Positions 1 to 10,071 of a stretch of DNA of 64,000 nucleotides are shown one piece after another; positions within the stretch are counted from its first letter, which is position 1, and each line of letters opens with the position of its first letter. The stretch is from an uncultured Actinomycetes bacterium (lineage in GTDB: Bacteria; Actinomycetota; UBA4738; HRBIN12). A program made the translations under genes and the position numbers. The notes below the pieces were generated by a model, which was not told where the DNA came from, did no database searches, and worked only from the letters and a program-made list of their open reading frames with translations. The DNA lies in assembly GCA_963826185.1 (NCBI GenBank), contig CAWGVY010000003.1, positions 69,905-133,904 of the forward strand. Reading direction: 5' to 3'.

Positions 1-424
1 CGGGTTCGCACAAACGTTGAACCCCGTGGGTCCCCATCACGACTACCTGATGTCCAACGTCTTCGCGCAGGCGGAGGCGCTCGCGTTCGGCAGGACCGCG
101 GCTCAGGTCCGGGCGGAGGGCACTCCCGAGGCGCTGGTGCCGCATCGCACGATGGAGGGAAACCGACCCACCAGCACGATCCTCGCGGTGCGCCTCACGC
201 CGTACACGCTCGGAACGCTCGTCGCGTTGTACGAACACAGCGTCTTCACCCAGGGAGCGATCTGGGGTATCGATCCATTCGACCAATGGGGCGTGGAGCT
301 GGGCAAGGAGCTGGCGGGGCGCATCATCCCCGAGCTCCAGGCGGACGCTGACCCAGATCTCGCCCACGACAGCTCCACCAACGCCCTGATCCGACGGTAC
401 CGGTCGATGCGGTCCGGTTCATGA
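1..424 (+). CDS. pgi: glucose-6-phosphate isomerase, C-terminal fragment (5' end lies outside the window)
   Basis: The ORF is open to the window edge. It has PGI-family C-terminal sequence ([29 protein letters not shown]). Confidence 0.85.
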   Translation, partial: GFAQTLNPVGPHHDYLMSNVFAQAEALAFGRTAAQVRAEGTPEALVPHRTMEGNRPTSTILAVRLTPYTLGTLVALYEHSVFTQGAIWGIDPFDQWGVELGKELAGRIIPELQADADPDLAHDSSTNALIRRYRSMRSGS

Positions 425-440
425 CGGCACGGACGGCGGT

Positions 441-1412
441 ATGACGGTCCTCGCGGGAGACATCGGCGGTACCTATACCCGGCTGGCGCTCTTCGAGTCG
501 GGCTCGATCGACCCCGCAGGGGTCGCGGAGTACCGCAGCGAAGACCACCACAGCCTGCAGGAGATGACGCAGGCGTTCCTGGCCGCGCAGCCGGCGGAGG
601 TCCGTGCCGCGGCGTTCGGCGTCGCGGGGCCCGTGGTGGGTGGCCGGACCGAGACCGTGAACCTCGCCTGGCCCGTGGACGCGGAGGAGATGGCCACGTC
701 AATGGGGCTGGACGCCGACCGCGTCACGCTGTTGAACGACCTGGAGGCGAACGCCTGGGGGATCGCGTGGCTACAGGACGGAGATCTCGTGAGTCTGAAC
801 GAGGGCGACGTGGAGGCCGTCGGCAACCAGGCCGTGATCTCCGCGGGAACCGGGCTCGGCCAAGCGGGTCTGTTCTGGGACGGCACGGAGCACCACGTCT
901 TCGCGACGGAGGGTGGCCACGCTGATTTCGCGCCCGCGGGGGACCTGCAGACCGAGCTCCTGACGTCGCTGCGTGAGGAGCTGGGACACGTCAGTTGGGA
1001 GCGCGTGTGCTCTGGGATGGGTCTGGTGAACGTCGAGCGGTTCCTGCGTCGGCGCGACGGCGGGTCTGGACCTGACTGGGAAGCCGATGGGGACGCGGCC
1101 GAGGCGATCGGGGACGCCGCGCTCGCCCACACCGACGCGCTCGCCGACGCTGCTCTGGATCTGATGATCGAGGTCTACGGCCGGCAGGCCGGCAACCTGG
1201 CATTGGCGTTGATGGCTGTGGGCGGGGTCTTCGTGGGCGGGGGGATCGCGCCGAAGATCCTCCCGCGACTCACCGACGGCAGGTTCATGGACGCGTTCGC
1301 GGGCAAGGGGCGCTTCGAGCCCCTCCTGCGCCGCATCCCCGTCAGGGTGATCCTGAACGACCTCACCGCGCTGCTCGGGGCAGCGCGCCGGGCGGCCCGC
1401 CCCGGGGACTAG
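441..1412 (+). CDS. glk: glucokinase (Glk family)
   Basis: 323-aa ORF with the N-terminal ATP-binding motif LAGDIGGTYTRLALFE and Glk-like sequence throughout. It starts 16 nt after pgi. Confidence 0.8.
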   Translation: MTVLAGDIGGTYTRLALFESGSIDPAGVAEYRSEDHHSLQEMTQAFLAAQPAEVRAAAFGVAGPVVGGRTETVNLAWPVDAEEMATSMGLDADRVTLLNDLEANAWGIAWLQDGDLVSLNEGDVEAVGNQAVISAGTGLGQAGLFWDGTEHHVFATEGGHADFAPAGDLQTELLTSLREELGHVSWERVCSGMGLVNVERFLRRRDGGSGPDWEADGDAAEAIGDAALAHTDALADAALDLMIEVYGRQAGNLALALMAVGGVFVGGGIAPKILPRLTDGRFMDAFAGKGRFEPLLRRIPVRVILNDLTALLGAARRAARPGD

Positions 1413-2275
1413 GATCTCGCGGTCGACGCGTCGATCCGCGCTTCCAGCCGGCGCTGGCTCTCGTCCTCCGTGCGCTTCCACGAGACCGCGACCAGCAGGA
1501 TCGACAGCACGAGGGCCAGGTTCCCCACCAGCCACATCTGCACGGCGGCCCCTCGCTGTTCGACCAGCGCTCGGGCACCCCATGGAGTGGGCAGGGCGGC
1601 GTACGCCGGGTAGAGGGGATGCCCGGCCACGAAGATCGTCAGTGCGAGGAACGACATCATCGGCATCGCGAGGAACAGCGAGAGCATGCGAGCGGGATAC
1701 GGCGTCGGGTGCGGGTTGGGATCGCGCCCGACGATCGGCCACCAGTAGATCAGCGCGGCGGCGACCCACGCGGCGTGCTCGAGTGCGTGGACGGATGAGC
1801 TCCGAAGTGCCGCATCGAACATCGGCGACAGGTGGATCGCGAACGGCACACCCACGAACAGCACGAAGCCCACCAAAGGATTGCCGAGCGTCCTGCCGAC
1901 ACGCCCGCGCAGGATCGCCGTGATCCGGCGCGCGTGATCAGGACGACAGGCACGGAGGGCCAGCGTGATCGGGGCGCCCAAAGCCAAGAGGGGAGGGGCC
2001 ACGAACGTCAGCAACAGGTGCTGGGCCATGTGGACCGAGAACGACACGTCGGCGTAGGCGTCGACGGGGCTGACGAGCGCTACCCCCAGGACGCCCAAGC
2101 CGCACCAGAACGCTCGTGACCATCGCGAGGGGAACGGGGTCCCGGCATCTCGCAGTCGCCTGAGCCCGCCGGCATAGACGAAGCCCACCACCACGAGCAT
2201 GGCGACGACCGATGGATCGGCAGGCCACGTCACGATCCACGACCATGGGCCCGTTCCCGGGACGACGGCGTCCAC
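1409..2275 (-). CDS. ctaG: cytochrome c oxidase assembly factor CtaG-like polytopic membrane protein
   Basis: The C-terminal ~285 aa of track ORF 1409..2842 are multi-TM and CtaG/COG3336-like (HMAQHLLLTFVAPPLLALGAP, HALEHAAWVAAALIYWWP). The upstream 190 codons are Arg/Gln-rich and antisense to ctaE, so I placed the start at GTG 2275. ATG 2200 is an alternative. Confidence 0.55.
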   Translation of the reverse strand: MDAVVPGTGPWSWIVTWPADPSVVAMLVVVGFVYAGGLRRLRDAGTPFPSRWSRAFWCGLGVLGVALVSPVDAYADVSFSVHMAQHLLLTFVAPPLLALGAPITLALRACRPDHARRITAILRGRVGRTLGNPLVGFVLFVGVPFAIHLSPMFDAALRSSSVHALEHAAWVAAALIYWWPIVGRDPNPHPTPYPARMLSLFLAMPMMSFLALTIFVAGHPLYPAYAALPTPWGARALVEQRGAAVQMWLVGNLALVLSILLVAVSWKRTEDESQRRLEARIDASTARS

Positions 2276-2323
2276 CGAACCATCCTCGCATGCACGCGCG
2301 TTGACGCGTCCGGATGCTTCAAG

Positions 2324-2917
2324 TTGAATCACCCGGAGATGGCCCACGTGGACGAGGTCGGGGCGGCGCGGGCGACCTCCACGTCCCCGGTTCGCTTCGG
2401 GACGATCCTGTTCCTGGCCTCCGAGCTGCTCCTCTTCGGTGGGTTGTTCGCGGCGTATTTCGGGTTGCGTTCCGAGACCACGCCTTGGCCGCCGGCCGGC
2501 CTCGAGCCCGACTGGAAGTTGGCGTTCCTCGGAACCGCCCTGCTGGTGGTCTCGAGCCTCTGTCTGTCCCGGGGCCTCGATCATGCGTCGAAAGGGCGGG
2601 TCCACGTGATGCGCCGATGGACCCTGGCGACGCTGGCGCTCGGCGTGGGGTTCCTGGCGCTGGAGGTATGGGACTGGACCCACGTCCCCTTCCGGATCTC
2701 GACCAGCCCGTACGGAACGATGTACTACACGCTGACCGGCATCCACGGACTCCACGTGCTCGCGGGCCTGGTGGTGCTGGGGGTGTTGTTGGGTCGGTCG
2801 TTCCAGGGCGCGTACGACACGGGGGAGCTGGACGGCGCTCACTCCATGGCCTACTACTGGCAGTTCTGCGACGCCACGTGGATCTTGATCTTCCTGGTGG
2901 TGTTCGTGCTGCGATGA
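2324..2917 (+). CDS. ctaE: cytochrome c oxidase subunit III
   Basis: 197-aa multi-TM ORF with subunit-III-like sequence (FLASELLLFGGLFAAYF, YYWQFCDATWILIFLVVF). It is the first gene of the respiratory array. Confidence 0.85.
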   Translation: MNHPEMAHVDEVGAARATSTSPVRFGTILFLASELLLFGGLFAAYFGLRSETTPWPPAGLEPDWKLAFLGTALLVVSSLCLSRGLDHASKGRVHVMRRWTLATLALGVGFLALEVWDWTHVPFRISTSPYGTMYYTLTGIHGLHVLAGLVVLGVLLGRSFQGAYDTGELDGAHSMAYYWQFCDATWILIFLVVFVLR

Positions 2918-3675
2918 ATCGACGGTCCGCGGAAGCCCGCCTTCTCTCCCGCATCCTCCGGTGGGGGTTGCTGCTGATGGTGGGAGGCCAGATCCTCTGG
3001 TCGTTCCTGCCGGCGCGCGGTCTCTCGTTCGCAGCCACGACAGGACAGGGCCGGACCCTGTTCGACGCGACCTGCTCCACCTGTCACGGCCTGAACGCCG
3101 AAGGCACCGCGGACGGGCCCAGCCTGCAAGGCGTGGGGGCGGCCGCGGTCGATTTCATGCTGTCGACGGGCCGCATGCCGTTGGCGGCGCCCGGCGATCA
3201 GCCGGAACGCCAGCCGCCGAAGTTCACGCCGGAGGAGGTCGAGGCGATCGTGGGATACGTGGCAGAGATCGCGCCCGGCGGTCCGGGGATCCCCGACGTC
3301 GATCCGGGGCGTGGCAGTCTGCCGGCAGGGGCGGTCCTGTTCCTGAACAACTGTTCCGGTTGCCATTCGGCAGCCGGCGTCGGTGACTCGGTGGGCGGTG
3401 GGCAGATCGCCCCGGATCTGATGCCGCCCACCGCGACCCAGTTGGGCGAGGCCATCAGGACCGGACCCGGCCTGATGCCAGTGTTCGACGCGGACAACCT
3501 CTCTGATCGGGACATCGATTCGATCGCGGCGTATCTGCACTGGCTCCGTGACAACGGCGATGAAGGCGGAGCCCCACTTGGGCGAGTCGGCGCCGTCACG
3601 GAGGGGCTGGTCGCCTTCGTGGTGGGGCTGGGGTTCCTGATCCTGATCCTGCGCCTGACGGGGAGCAAGACGTGA
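2914..3675 (+). CDS. qcrC: dihaem cytochrome c subunit of the bc1 complex
   Basis: The in-frame ATG at 2914 overlaps the ctaE stop (ATGA). There are two CxxCH motifs (CSTCH, CSGCH) and a C-terminal TM anchor. The first 200 codons of track ORF 2314..3675 overlap ctaE and are rejected. Confidence 0.85.
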   Translation: MNRRSAEARLLSRILRWGLLLMVGGQILWSFLPARGLSFAATTGQGRTLFDATCSTCHGLNAEGTADGPSLQGVGAAAVDFMLSTGRMPLAAPGDQPERQPPKFTPEEVEAIVGYVAEIAPGGPGIPDVDPGRGSLPAGAVLFLNNCSGCHSAAGVGDSVGGGQIAPDLMPPTATQLGEAIRTGPGLMPVFDADNLSDRDIDSIAAYLHWLRDNGDEGGAPLGRVGAVTEGLVAFVVGLGFLILILRLTGSKT

Positions 3676-4520
3676 AGCGACCCGAACGACCGGTCGCCGG
3701 CGCGTTCGTCGTCGCGATCCTGGCGGCGGTGGCGCTGTTCGTCGTGTACCTGCGTGGGGGGCAGACCCAACTCGAGGGTGGGCTGCTCTTCCTGACGTTG
3801 GGTGGGATCGGCGCCGGGCTCCTGCTGTGGGCCAAGCGGCTCATGCCGCAGATCGAAGACGAGACCCAGTCGAGGCATCACGGTCCGGTCGACGAAGCCG
3901 ACAAGGAGTCGGCCGCCGCGACGGTGCTGGGCGGCGTAGACGAGCTCAAGCGGCGGACCTTCCTCACCCGGTTGTTGATCGGGGCGGCGGGCGCGCTCGG
4001 CCTCGCCGCGCTCTTCCCGATCCGATCTCTGGGGGAAGCTCCGGGGGACACGCCGTTCTTCACCAAGTGGAGGGCAGGCTCGACCCTCGTCGATGTCGAA
4101 GGGAACGTGGTGACGCGCGACACGCTCACCGTGGACTCGTTCACGACGGTGTTCCCGGAGGACGCGGTGGGCTCAGCCGATTCGCAGGCGGTGCTGGTGC
4201 GGGTGCCGCCCGATCTGCTGCAGCTATCGGCGGAGCGGGCGGCCGGGGCCCCCGACGGTCTGGTCTGTTATTCGAAGGTGTGCACGCACGCCGGGTGTCC
4301 GCTCGGCCTGTACCTCGCTCAGGACCACGAGCTCCGGTGTCCGTGCCACCAGTCCACGTTCAACGTCCTGAACGGTGCCCAGCCCGTTTACGGGCCTGCT
4401 CCGCGTCCGCTGCCGCAGTTGCTCATCGAGATCGACGATGACGGCACGCTGCATGCGAAGGGCGACTTCACCGAGCCGATCGGGCCCAGCTTCTGGAACA
4501 TGACGGACGGCCCCGCATGA
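3672..4520 (+). CDS. qcrA: Rieske iron-sulfur subunit of the bc1 complex
   Basis: Rieske boxes CTHAGCP and CPCHQS, with N-terminal TM helices. The GTG start overlaps the qcrC stop (GTGA). Confidence 0.9.
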   Translation: MKRPERPVAGAFVVAILAAVALFVVYLRGGQTQLEGGLLFLTLGGIGAGLLLWAKRLMPQIEDETQSRHHGPVDEADKESAAATVLGGVDELKRRTFLTRLLIGAAGALGLAALFPIRSLGEAPGDTPFFTKWRAGSTLVDVEGNVVTRDTLTVDSFTTVFPEDAVGSADSQAVLVRVPPDLLQLSAERAAGAPDGLVCYSKVCTHAGCPLGLYLAQDHELRCPCHQSTFNVLNGAQPVYGPAPRPLPQLLIEIDDDGTLHAKGDFTEPIGPSFWNMTDGPA

Positions 4521-5917
4521 TCGTCGGGCGAGCGATCGAAGGTCTGGACGATCGTTTGGACGGCTCGTCGTTCATCGCGCGCAACCTCAAGAAGGTCTTC
4601 CCCGATCACTGGTCGTTCATGCTGGGTGAGCTGGCGTTGTACAGCTTCATCTTGCTGATCCTGACCGGGACGTTCCTGGCGTTCTTCTATGTGGCGTCGC
4701 CGGACCAGACCGTCTACCGAGGGCCGTACATGCCGATGCAGGGCCGGTCGGTGTCCCTGGCGTACAACTCCGTCCTACGCCTGTCGTTCGAGGTGCGGGC
4801 CGGTCTGGTGATGCGCCAGACCCATCACTGGGCCGCGCTCGTGTTCATGGCGGCGATCGTGGCCCACCTGATCCGCGTGTTCTTCACGGGGGCGTTCCGC
4901 AAGCCTCGCGAGATGAGCTGGCTGATCGGGGTCGGCCTGGTGGTGAGCGGCATCATGGCGGGCTTCACCGGGTATTCCTTGCCAGACGATCTCCTGTCGG
5001 GCGTGGGCCTGCGCATCGCCTTCTCGATCGCGCAGTCGATCCCGTTCGTGGGCAACTGGCTCGCGAACATGTTCTTCGGGGGGGAGTTCCCTGGAACCTC
5101 TCTGCTCCCACGCCTGCTGGCACTGCATATCTTCGTGATCCCTTTGGTGATCCTGGGCATGATGTCGATCCACCTGGGGGTGGTGTGGCACCAGACGCAC
5201 ACCCAGTTCCGAGGGCCGGGCCGTAGCGAGGACACGGTCACGGGCACACCCGTGTGGCCCAAGTTCGCCCTGAAGTCGATCGGACTCGCGTTCGCCACGT
5301 TCGCGACGTTGACGCTGTTGGGTGGTCTCTTCCAGATCAACCCGGTGTGGTTCTACGGACCGTTCGTACCGTACTCGGGCCCCTCGCCATCGCAGCCCGA
5401 CTGGTATGCGGGCTGGCTCGAGGGGCTCCTGAGGCTCTGGCCCAACTGGGAGTTCACGATCTTCGGCGTGACGATCGGTGAGCTGTTCCTCCCGGCGATC
5501 GTGGTTCCGGGGATCATGTTCACCCTTCTGGCCACCTGGCCGTTCCTTGAGGCGATGGCTACCGGGGATCACGAGTGGCACAACTTCGCCCAGAAGCCGC
5601 GGGAGGCACCGGTGCGCAGCGGCCTGGGAGCGGCCGCCATCGCGCTCATGGTGGTGCTGTTCCTGGCGGGCAGCAACGACGTGCTCGCGCAGTACCTGCA
5701 GATCGAGGTCGACACGTTCAACACCGTGCTGAAGGTGCTCGTGTTCGTGCTGCCCGTGGTGGCCGGGATGTTGACGTTCTGGATGTGCCGGGACCTGAGA
5801 GACAAGGCTCGTCACCCGGTTGACCGTCCCGGCACCATGACCGTGCGGCGCAACGACGAGGGCGGTTTCGAGGAGGTCTCCGACCCGGGACCCCACGATC
5901 CGGTGGGGTCGCCGTGA
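4517..5917 (+). CDS. qcrB: cytochrome b subunit of the bc1 complex
   Basis: 466-aa polytopic protein with cytochrome-b-like sequence (RQTHHWAALVFMAAIVAHLIRVFFTGAFRKPRE, LALHIFVIP). The ATG overlaps the qcrA stop. Confidence 0.9.
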   Translation: MIVGRAIEGLDDRLDGSSFIARNLKKVFPDHWSFMLGELALYSFILLILTGTFLAFFYVASPDQTVYRGPYMPMQGRSVSLAYNSVLRLSFEVRAGLVMRQTHHWAALVFMAAIVAHLIRVFFTGAFRKPREMSWLIGVGLVVSGIMAGFTGYSLPDDLLSGVGLRIAFSIAQSIPFVGNWLANMFFGGEFPGTSLLPRLLALHIFVIPLVILGMMSIHLGVVWHQTHTQFRGPGRSEDTVTGTPVWPKFALKSIGLAFATFATLTLLGGLFQINPVWFYGPFVPYSGPSPSQPDWYAGWLEGLLRLWPNWEFTIFGVTIGELFLPAIVVPGIMFTLLATWPFLEAMATGDHEWHNFAQKPREAPVRSGLGAAAIALMVVLFLAGSNDVLAQYLQIEVDTFNTVLKVLVFVLPVVAGMLTFWMCRDLRDKARHPVDRPGTMTVRRNDEGGFEEVSDPGPHDPVGSP

Positions 5918-6654
5918 CGAGGGTTCGGCGCGCTCAGCTCGTGGCGGGGATCGGCGCTCTCGTGCTCCTGATGGGGGCCTGTTCGGGTGCGTTCGGGATG
6001 CCGCGAGGCGCCAGTGAACAGGCGCACGGGACCTTCACCCTGTGGCAGACCTTCGTCATCGCCGCGATCCCGGTGGCCGGGCTCGTCTACGTCCTCATCG
6101 CGTGGTCGCTGATCCGCTTCCGGCGCCGTCGGTCCGACGATCCCGATGCCCTGGGCTCGCAGCGCCGCGAGAACCTGCCCCTGGAGGTCGTGTACACGGT
6201 GGTGCCGATCGCGATCGTGGTGGCGTTGTTCATCGTCTCGGTGCGGTTCAACGATCGGGTCACCGACGTCGCGCCCAACCCGTCGCTCGTCGTCAAGGTC
6301 GAGGCGTTCGCCTGGGGCTGGCGCTTCACCTATCCGGACGAGGTCACGGTGGTGAGCCCACCCAGCGCCGAGGACGCCGCCGAGCCGGTGCTGATGCTGC
6401 CGGAGGGTCGCATCGTGCGCTTCGAGCTCACATCGAACGACACCATCCACGCCTTCTGGGTGCCCGCGTTCCTCTACAAGCACGACGCGATCCCCGGCAG
6501 GACGTTCCTGTTCGACGTGACGCCAACGGAGCTGGGCACCTTCCAGGGCCACTGCGCCGAGTTCTGCGGGCTGAACCATGCGTACATGAACTTCACGGTG
6601 CAGGTGGTGAGCGGTTCGGAGTTCGATGTCTGGCTGCAGCGGGAGGCGGCGTGA
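5914..6654 (+). CDS. ctaC: cytochrome c oxidase subunit II
   Basis: CuA centre HCAEFCGLNHAYM and a lipoprotein-like signal sequence (LLMGAC). The GTG overlaps the qcrB stop. Confidence 0.9.
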   Translation: MTRVRRAQLVAGIGALVLLMGACSGAFGMPRGASEQAHGTFTLWQTFVIAAIPVAGLVYVLIAWSLIRFRRRRSDDPDALGSQRRENLPLEVVYTVVPIAIVVALFIVSVRFNDRVTDVAPNPSLVVKVEAFAWGWRFTYPDEVTVVSPPSAEDAAEPVLMLPEGRIVRFELTSNDTIHAFWVPAFLYKHDAIPGRTFLFDVTPTELGTFQGHCAEFCGLNHAYMNFTVQVVSGSEFDVWLQREAA

Positions 6655-8264
6655 CCCGCGCCGACGCTACGCCGGTCGGACCCGGCATCGTGCACCGGCT
6701 GATCTCCACCGACCACAAGAACATCGGCATCCTCTACTGCGTGTCGGCGTTCCTGTTCTTCCTGGTGGGAGGGTCGCTGGCCGAACTCATGCGCACCGAG
6801 CTGATGGAGTCGGGGCGCCAACTCGTGTCCAGCGAGACCTACAATACGCTGTTCACGATCCACGGCACCGTGATGATCTTCTTGTTCGTGGCGCCGTTCG
6901 GTGCGGGGCTCGCGAACTACCTGATCCCCCTGCAGATCGGGGCTCCCGACATGGCGTTCCCACGTCTGAACCTGACGTCGTTCTACTTCTTCCTGGGTGG
7001 CGGGATCCTGGTGCTCCTGGCCGGAGTGGCCACCGCGGGACAGGCTGCGGCCATGGGTTGGACCGCCTACCCTCCGCTGTCGGAGATCCGTCTGTCGCCG
7101 GGCGTTGGTCCCGACCTGTGGATCCTGGGGATCGCCTTGGTGGCGATCTCGTCGCTGATGAACGGGGTGAACATCCTCACGACCGCTTTCCTGATGCGGG
7201 CCCCCGGGATGACGATGTGGCGCCTCCCGGTGTTCACGTGGAACATGATCGTGGTGGCCATCCTGGGGCTCGTGGCGTTCCCGCCGGCGGTGGCGGGGCT
7301 CACGCTGCTGCTGATCGACCGGAGGTTGGGCGGTTTGGTGTACAACGCCCCGGCGGGCGGAGATCCCACGATCTACCAGCATCTGTTCTGGTTCCTGGGC
7401 CACCCTGAGGTCTACATCCTGATCCTTCCCTTCTTCGGCGTGATCACCGAGATCATCCCGGTGTTCTCACGCAAGCCACTGTTCGGCTACACGGGGTTCG
7501 TATTGGCAACGCTCACGATCGGCACGCTGTCCACGGGGGTGTGGGCGCATCACATGTTCACCACGGGCGTCGTCGACAACCCGTTCTTCGCCGCGATGAC
7601 GCTGCTGATCGCCGTGCCCACGGGGGTGAAGTTCTTCAATTGGGTCGGGTCGATGTGGGGTGGCAAGATCTGGCTCGCCGTGCCCATGCTGTTCTCCGTG
7701 GGATTCATGCTGAACTTCCTGATCGGGGGGGTGACCGGCGTCATGCTGGCCTCACCGGCGATCGACTACCAGGCGCAGGACACCTACTTCCTCGTCGCCC
7801 ATTTCCACTACACGATGTTCGGCGGCGCCGTGTTCGGCATCTTCGCCGCGATCTACTTCTGGTTCCCCAAGATGACCGGGGTGATGCTGTCTGAGAGGCT
7901 CGGTCGTGCGGTGTTCTTCCTCCTGTTCGTCGGATTCAACCTGACGTTCTGGCCGCAGTTCGTCCTGGGCCAGCGAGGCATGCCTCGGCGGTACGTCGAC
8001 TACAGCTCGGGCCTGGGGTACGACACACCCAACCTCGTCTCCACGATCGGCTCGTACGTGATGGCGGTGGCCATCCTGGTGTTCCTGTGGAGCGTGGGAT
8101 CGGCCCTGCGGCGTCGACACCCCGCGGGCAACGATCCGTGGGGCGGATACTCTCTCGAATGGACCACGACCTCTCCTCCACCGGAGTACAACTTCGATCG
8201 CCTGCCTCGGATCCGTTCCGAGCGCCCGGGCTTCGACGTGGTCCACGCGGAGCGCACGCCGTGA
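6651..8264 (+). CDS. ctaD: cytochrome c oxidase subunit I
   Basis: The in-frame GTG at 6651 overlaps the ctaC stop. Haem-copper oxidase motifs are present (GHPEVYILILP, WAHHMF, HFHYTMFGG). The upstream 203 codons of track ORF 6042..8264 overlap ctaC and are rejected. Confidence 0.95.
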   Translation: MTRADATPVGPGIVHRLISTDHKNIGILYCVSAFLFFLVGGSLAELMRTELMESGRQLVSSETYNTLFTIHGTVMIFLFVAPFGAGLANYLIPLQIGAPDMAFPRLNLTSFYFFLGGGILVLLAGVATAGQAAAMGWTAYPPLSEIRLSPGVGPDLWILGIALVAISSLMNGVNILTTAFLMRAPGMTMWRLPVFTWNMIVVAILGLVAFPPAVAGLTLLLIDRRLGGLVYNAPAGGDPTIYQHLFWFLGHPEVYILILPFFGVITEIIPVFSRKPLFGYTGFVLATLTIGTLSTGVWAHHMFTTGVVDNPFFAAMTLLIAVPTGVKFFNWVGSMWGGKIWLAVPMLFSVGFMLNFLIGGVTGVMLASPAIDYQAQDTYFLVAHFHYTMFGGAVFGIFAAIYFWFPKMTGVMLSERLGRAVFFLLFVGFNLTFWPQFVLGQRGMPRRYVDYSSGLGYDTPNLVSTIGSYVMAVAILVFLWSVGSALRRRHPAGNDPWGGYSLEWTTTSPPPEYNFDRLPRIRSERPGFDVVHAERTP

Positions 8265-8644
8265 AGGTGGCCACCCGCTACCTCGTCGTCCTGTGTGTGT
8301 TCGCCGTGGTCCTGGGCACGGTCTACTGGCTCCTCACGGATGAGGCCGTCGGCACCGTCCTCCTCCTTGCCTTCGCCTGCATGCCGGGCATCGTGGCGGT
8401 GTATGCCGTGGCCCACGGGGCCATACGTGACCACCGCACCGAGGACGACCCCGCGGGGGACCCCCGGGCGCAGGAGGGGGAGCTGCTGGGACCGTTCCCC
8501 GCAGAGACCGTGTGGCCGCTGCTCCTGGTCCTGGGCACGATCACGATCGGCGCGAGCCTGATCTACGGATTGATCCTGCTCCCAGTGGGAGCCGGCCTAT
8601 TCCTGTGGGCCATCGTCGGGTTCTCCCGGGAGAGCCATGGCTGA
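8261..8644 (+). CDS. ctaF: small membrane subunit of the aa3 oxidase (actinobacterial subunit IV-like)
   Basis: The GTG at 8261 overlaps the ctaD stop. This is a 127-aa protein with four predicted TM segments. The call rests mainly on position and size. Confidence 0.6.
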   Translation: MKVATRYLVVLCVFAVVLGTVYWLLTDEAVGTVLLLAFACMPGIVAVYAVAHGAIRDHRTEDDPAGDPRAQEGELLGPFPAETVWPLLLVLGTITIGASLIYGLILLPVGAGLFLWAIVGFSRESHG

Positions 8645-10034
8645 GGTCGACGCTGCCGCCGATGTGCTGGTGATCTTCGGGATCACCGGCGATCTGGCTC
8701 GGAAGATGACGTTCGTCTCCCTGTACCGGCTGGAACGGCGCGGCGAGCTCTCATGTCCGATCGTCGGGGTCGCGATCGACGCCATCGCCGACGATGGGCT
8801 TCGCGAACGCGCGCGCGCGGCGATCGGCGACGCCGGGGAGTCGATCGATGACGCCGTGTTCGAACGGCTGGCGTCCCGCCTGTCCTACGTGGCCGGGGAC
8901 TACACGGATCCGGGGACCTTCGAACGACTGGCCCACCATCTGAAGGGCTCGCAACGACCCACGTTCTATCTCGAGATCCCGCCGTCGTTGTTCGCCCGGG
9001 TCGTGCAGGGCCTGCACGACGCCGGCCTCACGAACGCGGCGCGCGTGGTGATCGAGAAGCCGTTCGGGCACGACCTGATCTCGGCGCGAGAGCTCAACGC
9101 AACCTTGCGGTCCTTGCTCGACGAATCTCAGATCTATCGGATCGATCATTTCTCGGGTAAGGAACCCGTGATGGACATCATGTTCCTGCGGTTCGCCAAC
9201 GCCATCTTCGAACCGCTGTGGAGCCGGAACTTCGTGGAGTCGGTGCAGATCACGATGGCGGAGGATTTCGGGGTGGACGATCGAGGGTCTTTCTACGATC
9301 CGGTCGGCGCCCTGCGGGACGTGGTGCAGAACCACCTGATGCAGGTGCTCGCGCTGGTGGCGATGGAGCCGCCGGCCGGGATCGACACCGAGACGCTCCG
9401 CGACAAGAAGGAGGAGGTGTTCCGCGCGATCCCCGATGCCGATCCCGGGCACTACGTCCGTGGTCAGTACGAGGGATACCTGGACGTTCAAGGGGTCGCG
9501 GCCGATTCGGGGACCGAGACCTATGCCGCGCTCACCCTGCACATCGAGAACTGGCGCTGGGCCGGCGTTCCGTTCTTCATCCGTGCGGGGAAGGCGATGA
9601 CGACCCTGGCGACCGAGGTGCGCGTGATCTTCCGGCGCGCACCCATCTTCCGGGCGATGCGCGGGGTCGCGCGCGTGGGTCCGAACGAGCTGGTCCTTCG
9701 TATCGAGCCCGACCCCGGAGCCCGGTTGATGGTGCATGCGAAGAAGCCCGGGCAGGCCGCGGTGGACGAGGTTTCGCTCGATCTGCTGTTCAGTCAGCAG
9801 GAGGGGGAGATGCCCACCCCCTATGAGCGCCTGCTGTCCGACGCCATGCATGGTGAAGGCCGGTTATTCACCCGCGAGGACTCGGTCGAGGAGACGTGGC
9901 GCATCGTGCAACCGTTGCTCGATGCGCCGCCCGAGGTGATCCCCTACGCCAAGGGCTCGATGGGTCCTGAGGCAGCCGCGGCCCTGGTCGCGGGCCACGC
10001 CCCGTGGCAGGCTCCCTGGCTCACGGGGCAGTGA
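8637..10034 (+). CDS. zwf: glucose-6-phosphate 1-dehydrogenase
   Basis: Motifs [22 protein letters not shown] and EKPFGHDL. The ATG overlaps the last 8 nt of ctaF. Confidence 0.9.
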   Translation: MAEVDAAADVLVIFGITGDLARKMTFVSLYRLERRGELSCPIVGVAIDAIADDGLRERARAAIGDAGESIDDAVFERLASRLSYVAGDYTDPGTFERLAHHLKGSQRPTFYLEIPPSLFARVVQGLHDAGLTNAARVVIEKPFGHDLISARELNATLRSLLDESQIYRIDHFSGKEPVMDIMFLRFANAIFEPLWSRNFVESVQITMAEDFGVDDRGSFYDPVGALRDVVQNHLMQVLALVAMEPPAGIDTETLRDKKEEVFRAIPDADPGHYVRGQYEGYLDVQGVAADSGTETYAALTLHIENWRWAGVPFFIRAGKAMTTLATEVRVIFRRAPIFRAMRGVARVGPNELVLRIEPDPGARLMVHAKKPGQAAVDEVSLDLLFSQQEGEMPTPYERLLSDAMHGEGRLFTREDSVEETWRIVQPLLDAPPEVIPYAKGSMGPEAAAALVAGHAPWQAPWLTGQ

Positions 10035-10071
10035 GCGCCGCGTTCGCGGCCGTGAGAGGAGGAGCGGATCG

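Noticed and set aside
103-1769. Minus-strand ORFs 103..702 and 771..1769, and many similar ORFs elsewhere (for example 26546..27793, 52455..53690, 14922..15926, 15172..16623, 50845..52626, 54572..56041).
   Set aside because: They are antisense or out-of-frame overlaps of genes with clear family motifs. Their Arg/Pro/Gly-rich composition is expected from GC-rich non-coding frames.
6042-6650. Long N-terminal extensions of track ORFs: 6042..8264, 2314..3675, 8087..8644, 49825..52398, 59751..61577, 60998..62521, 62568..63536, 46224..48560 and 36278..37024.
   Set aside because: In each case the extension overlaps the preceding well-supported gene in another frame. The family sequence only begins at an internal ATG or GTG that overlaps or abuts the upstream stop codon.
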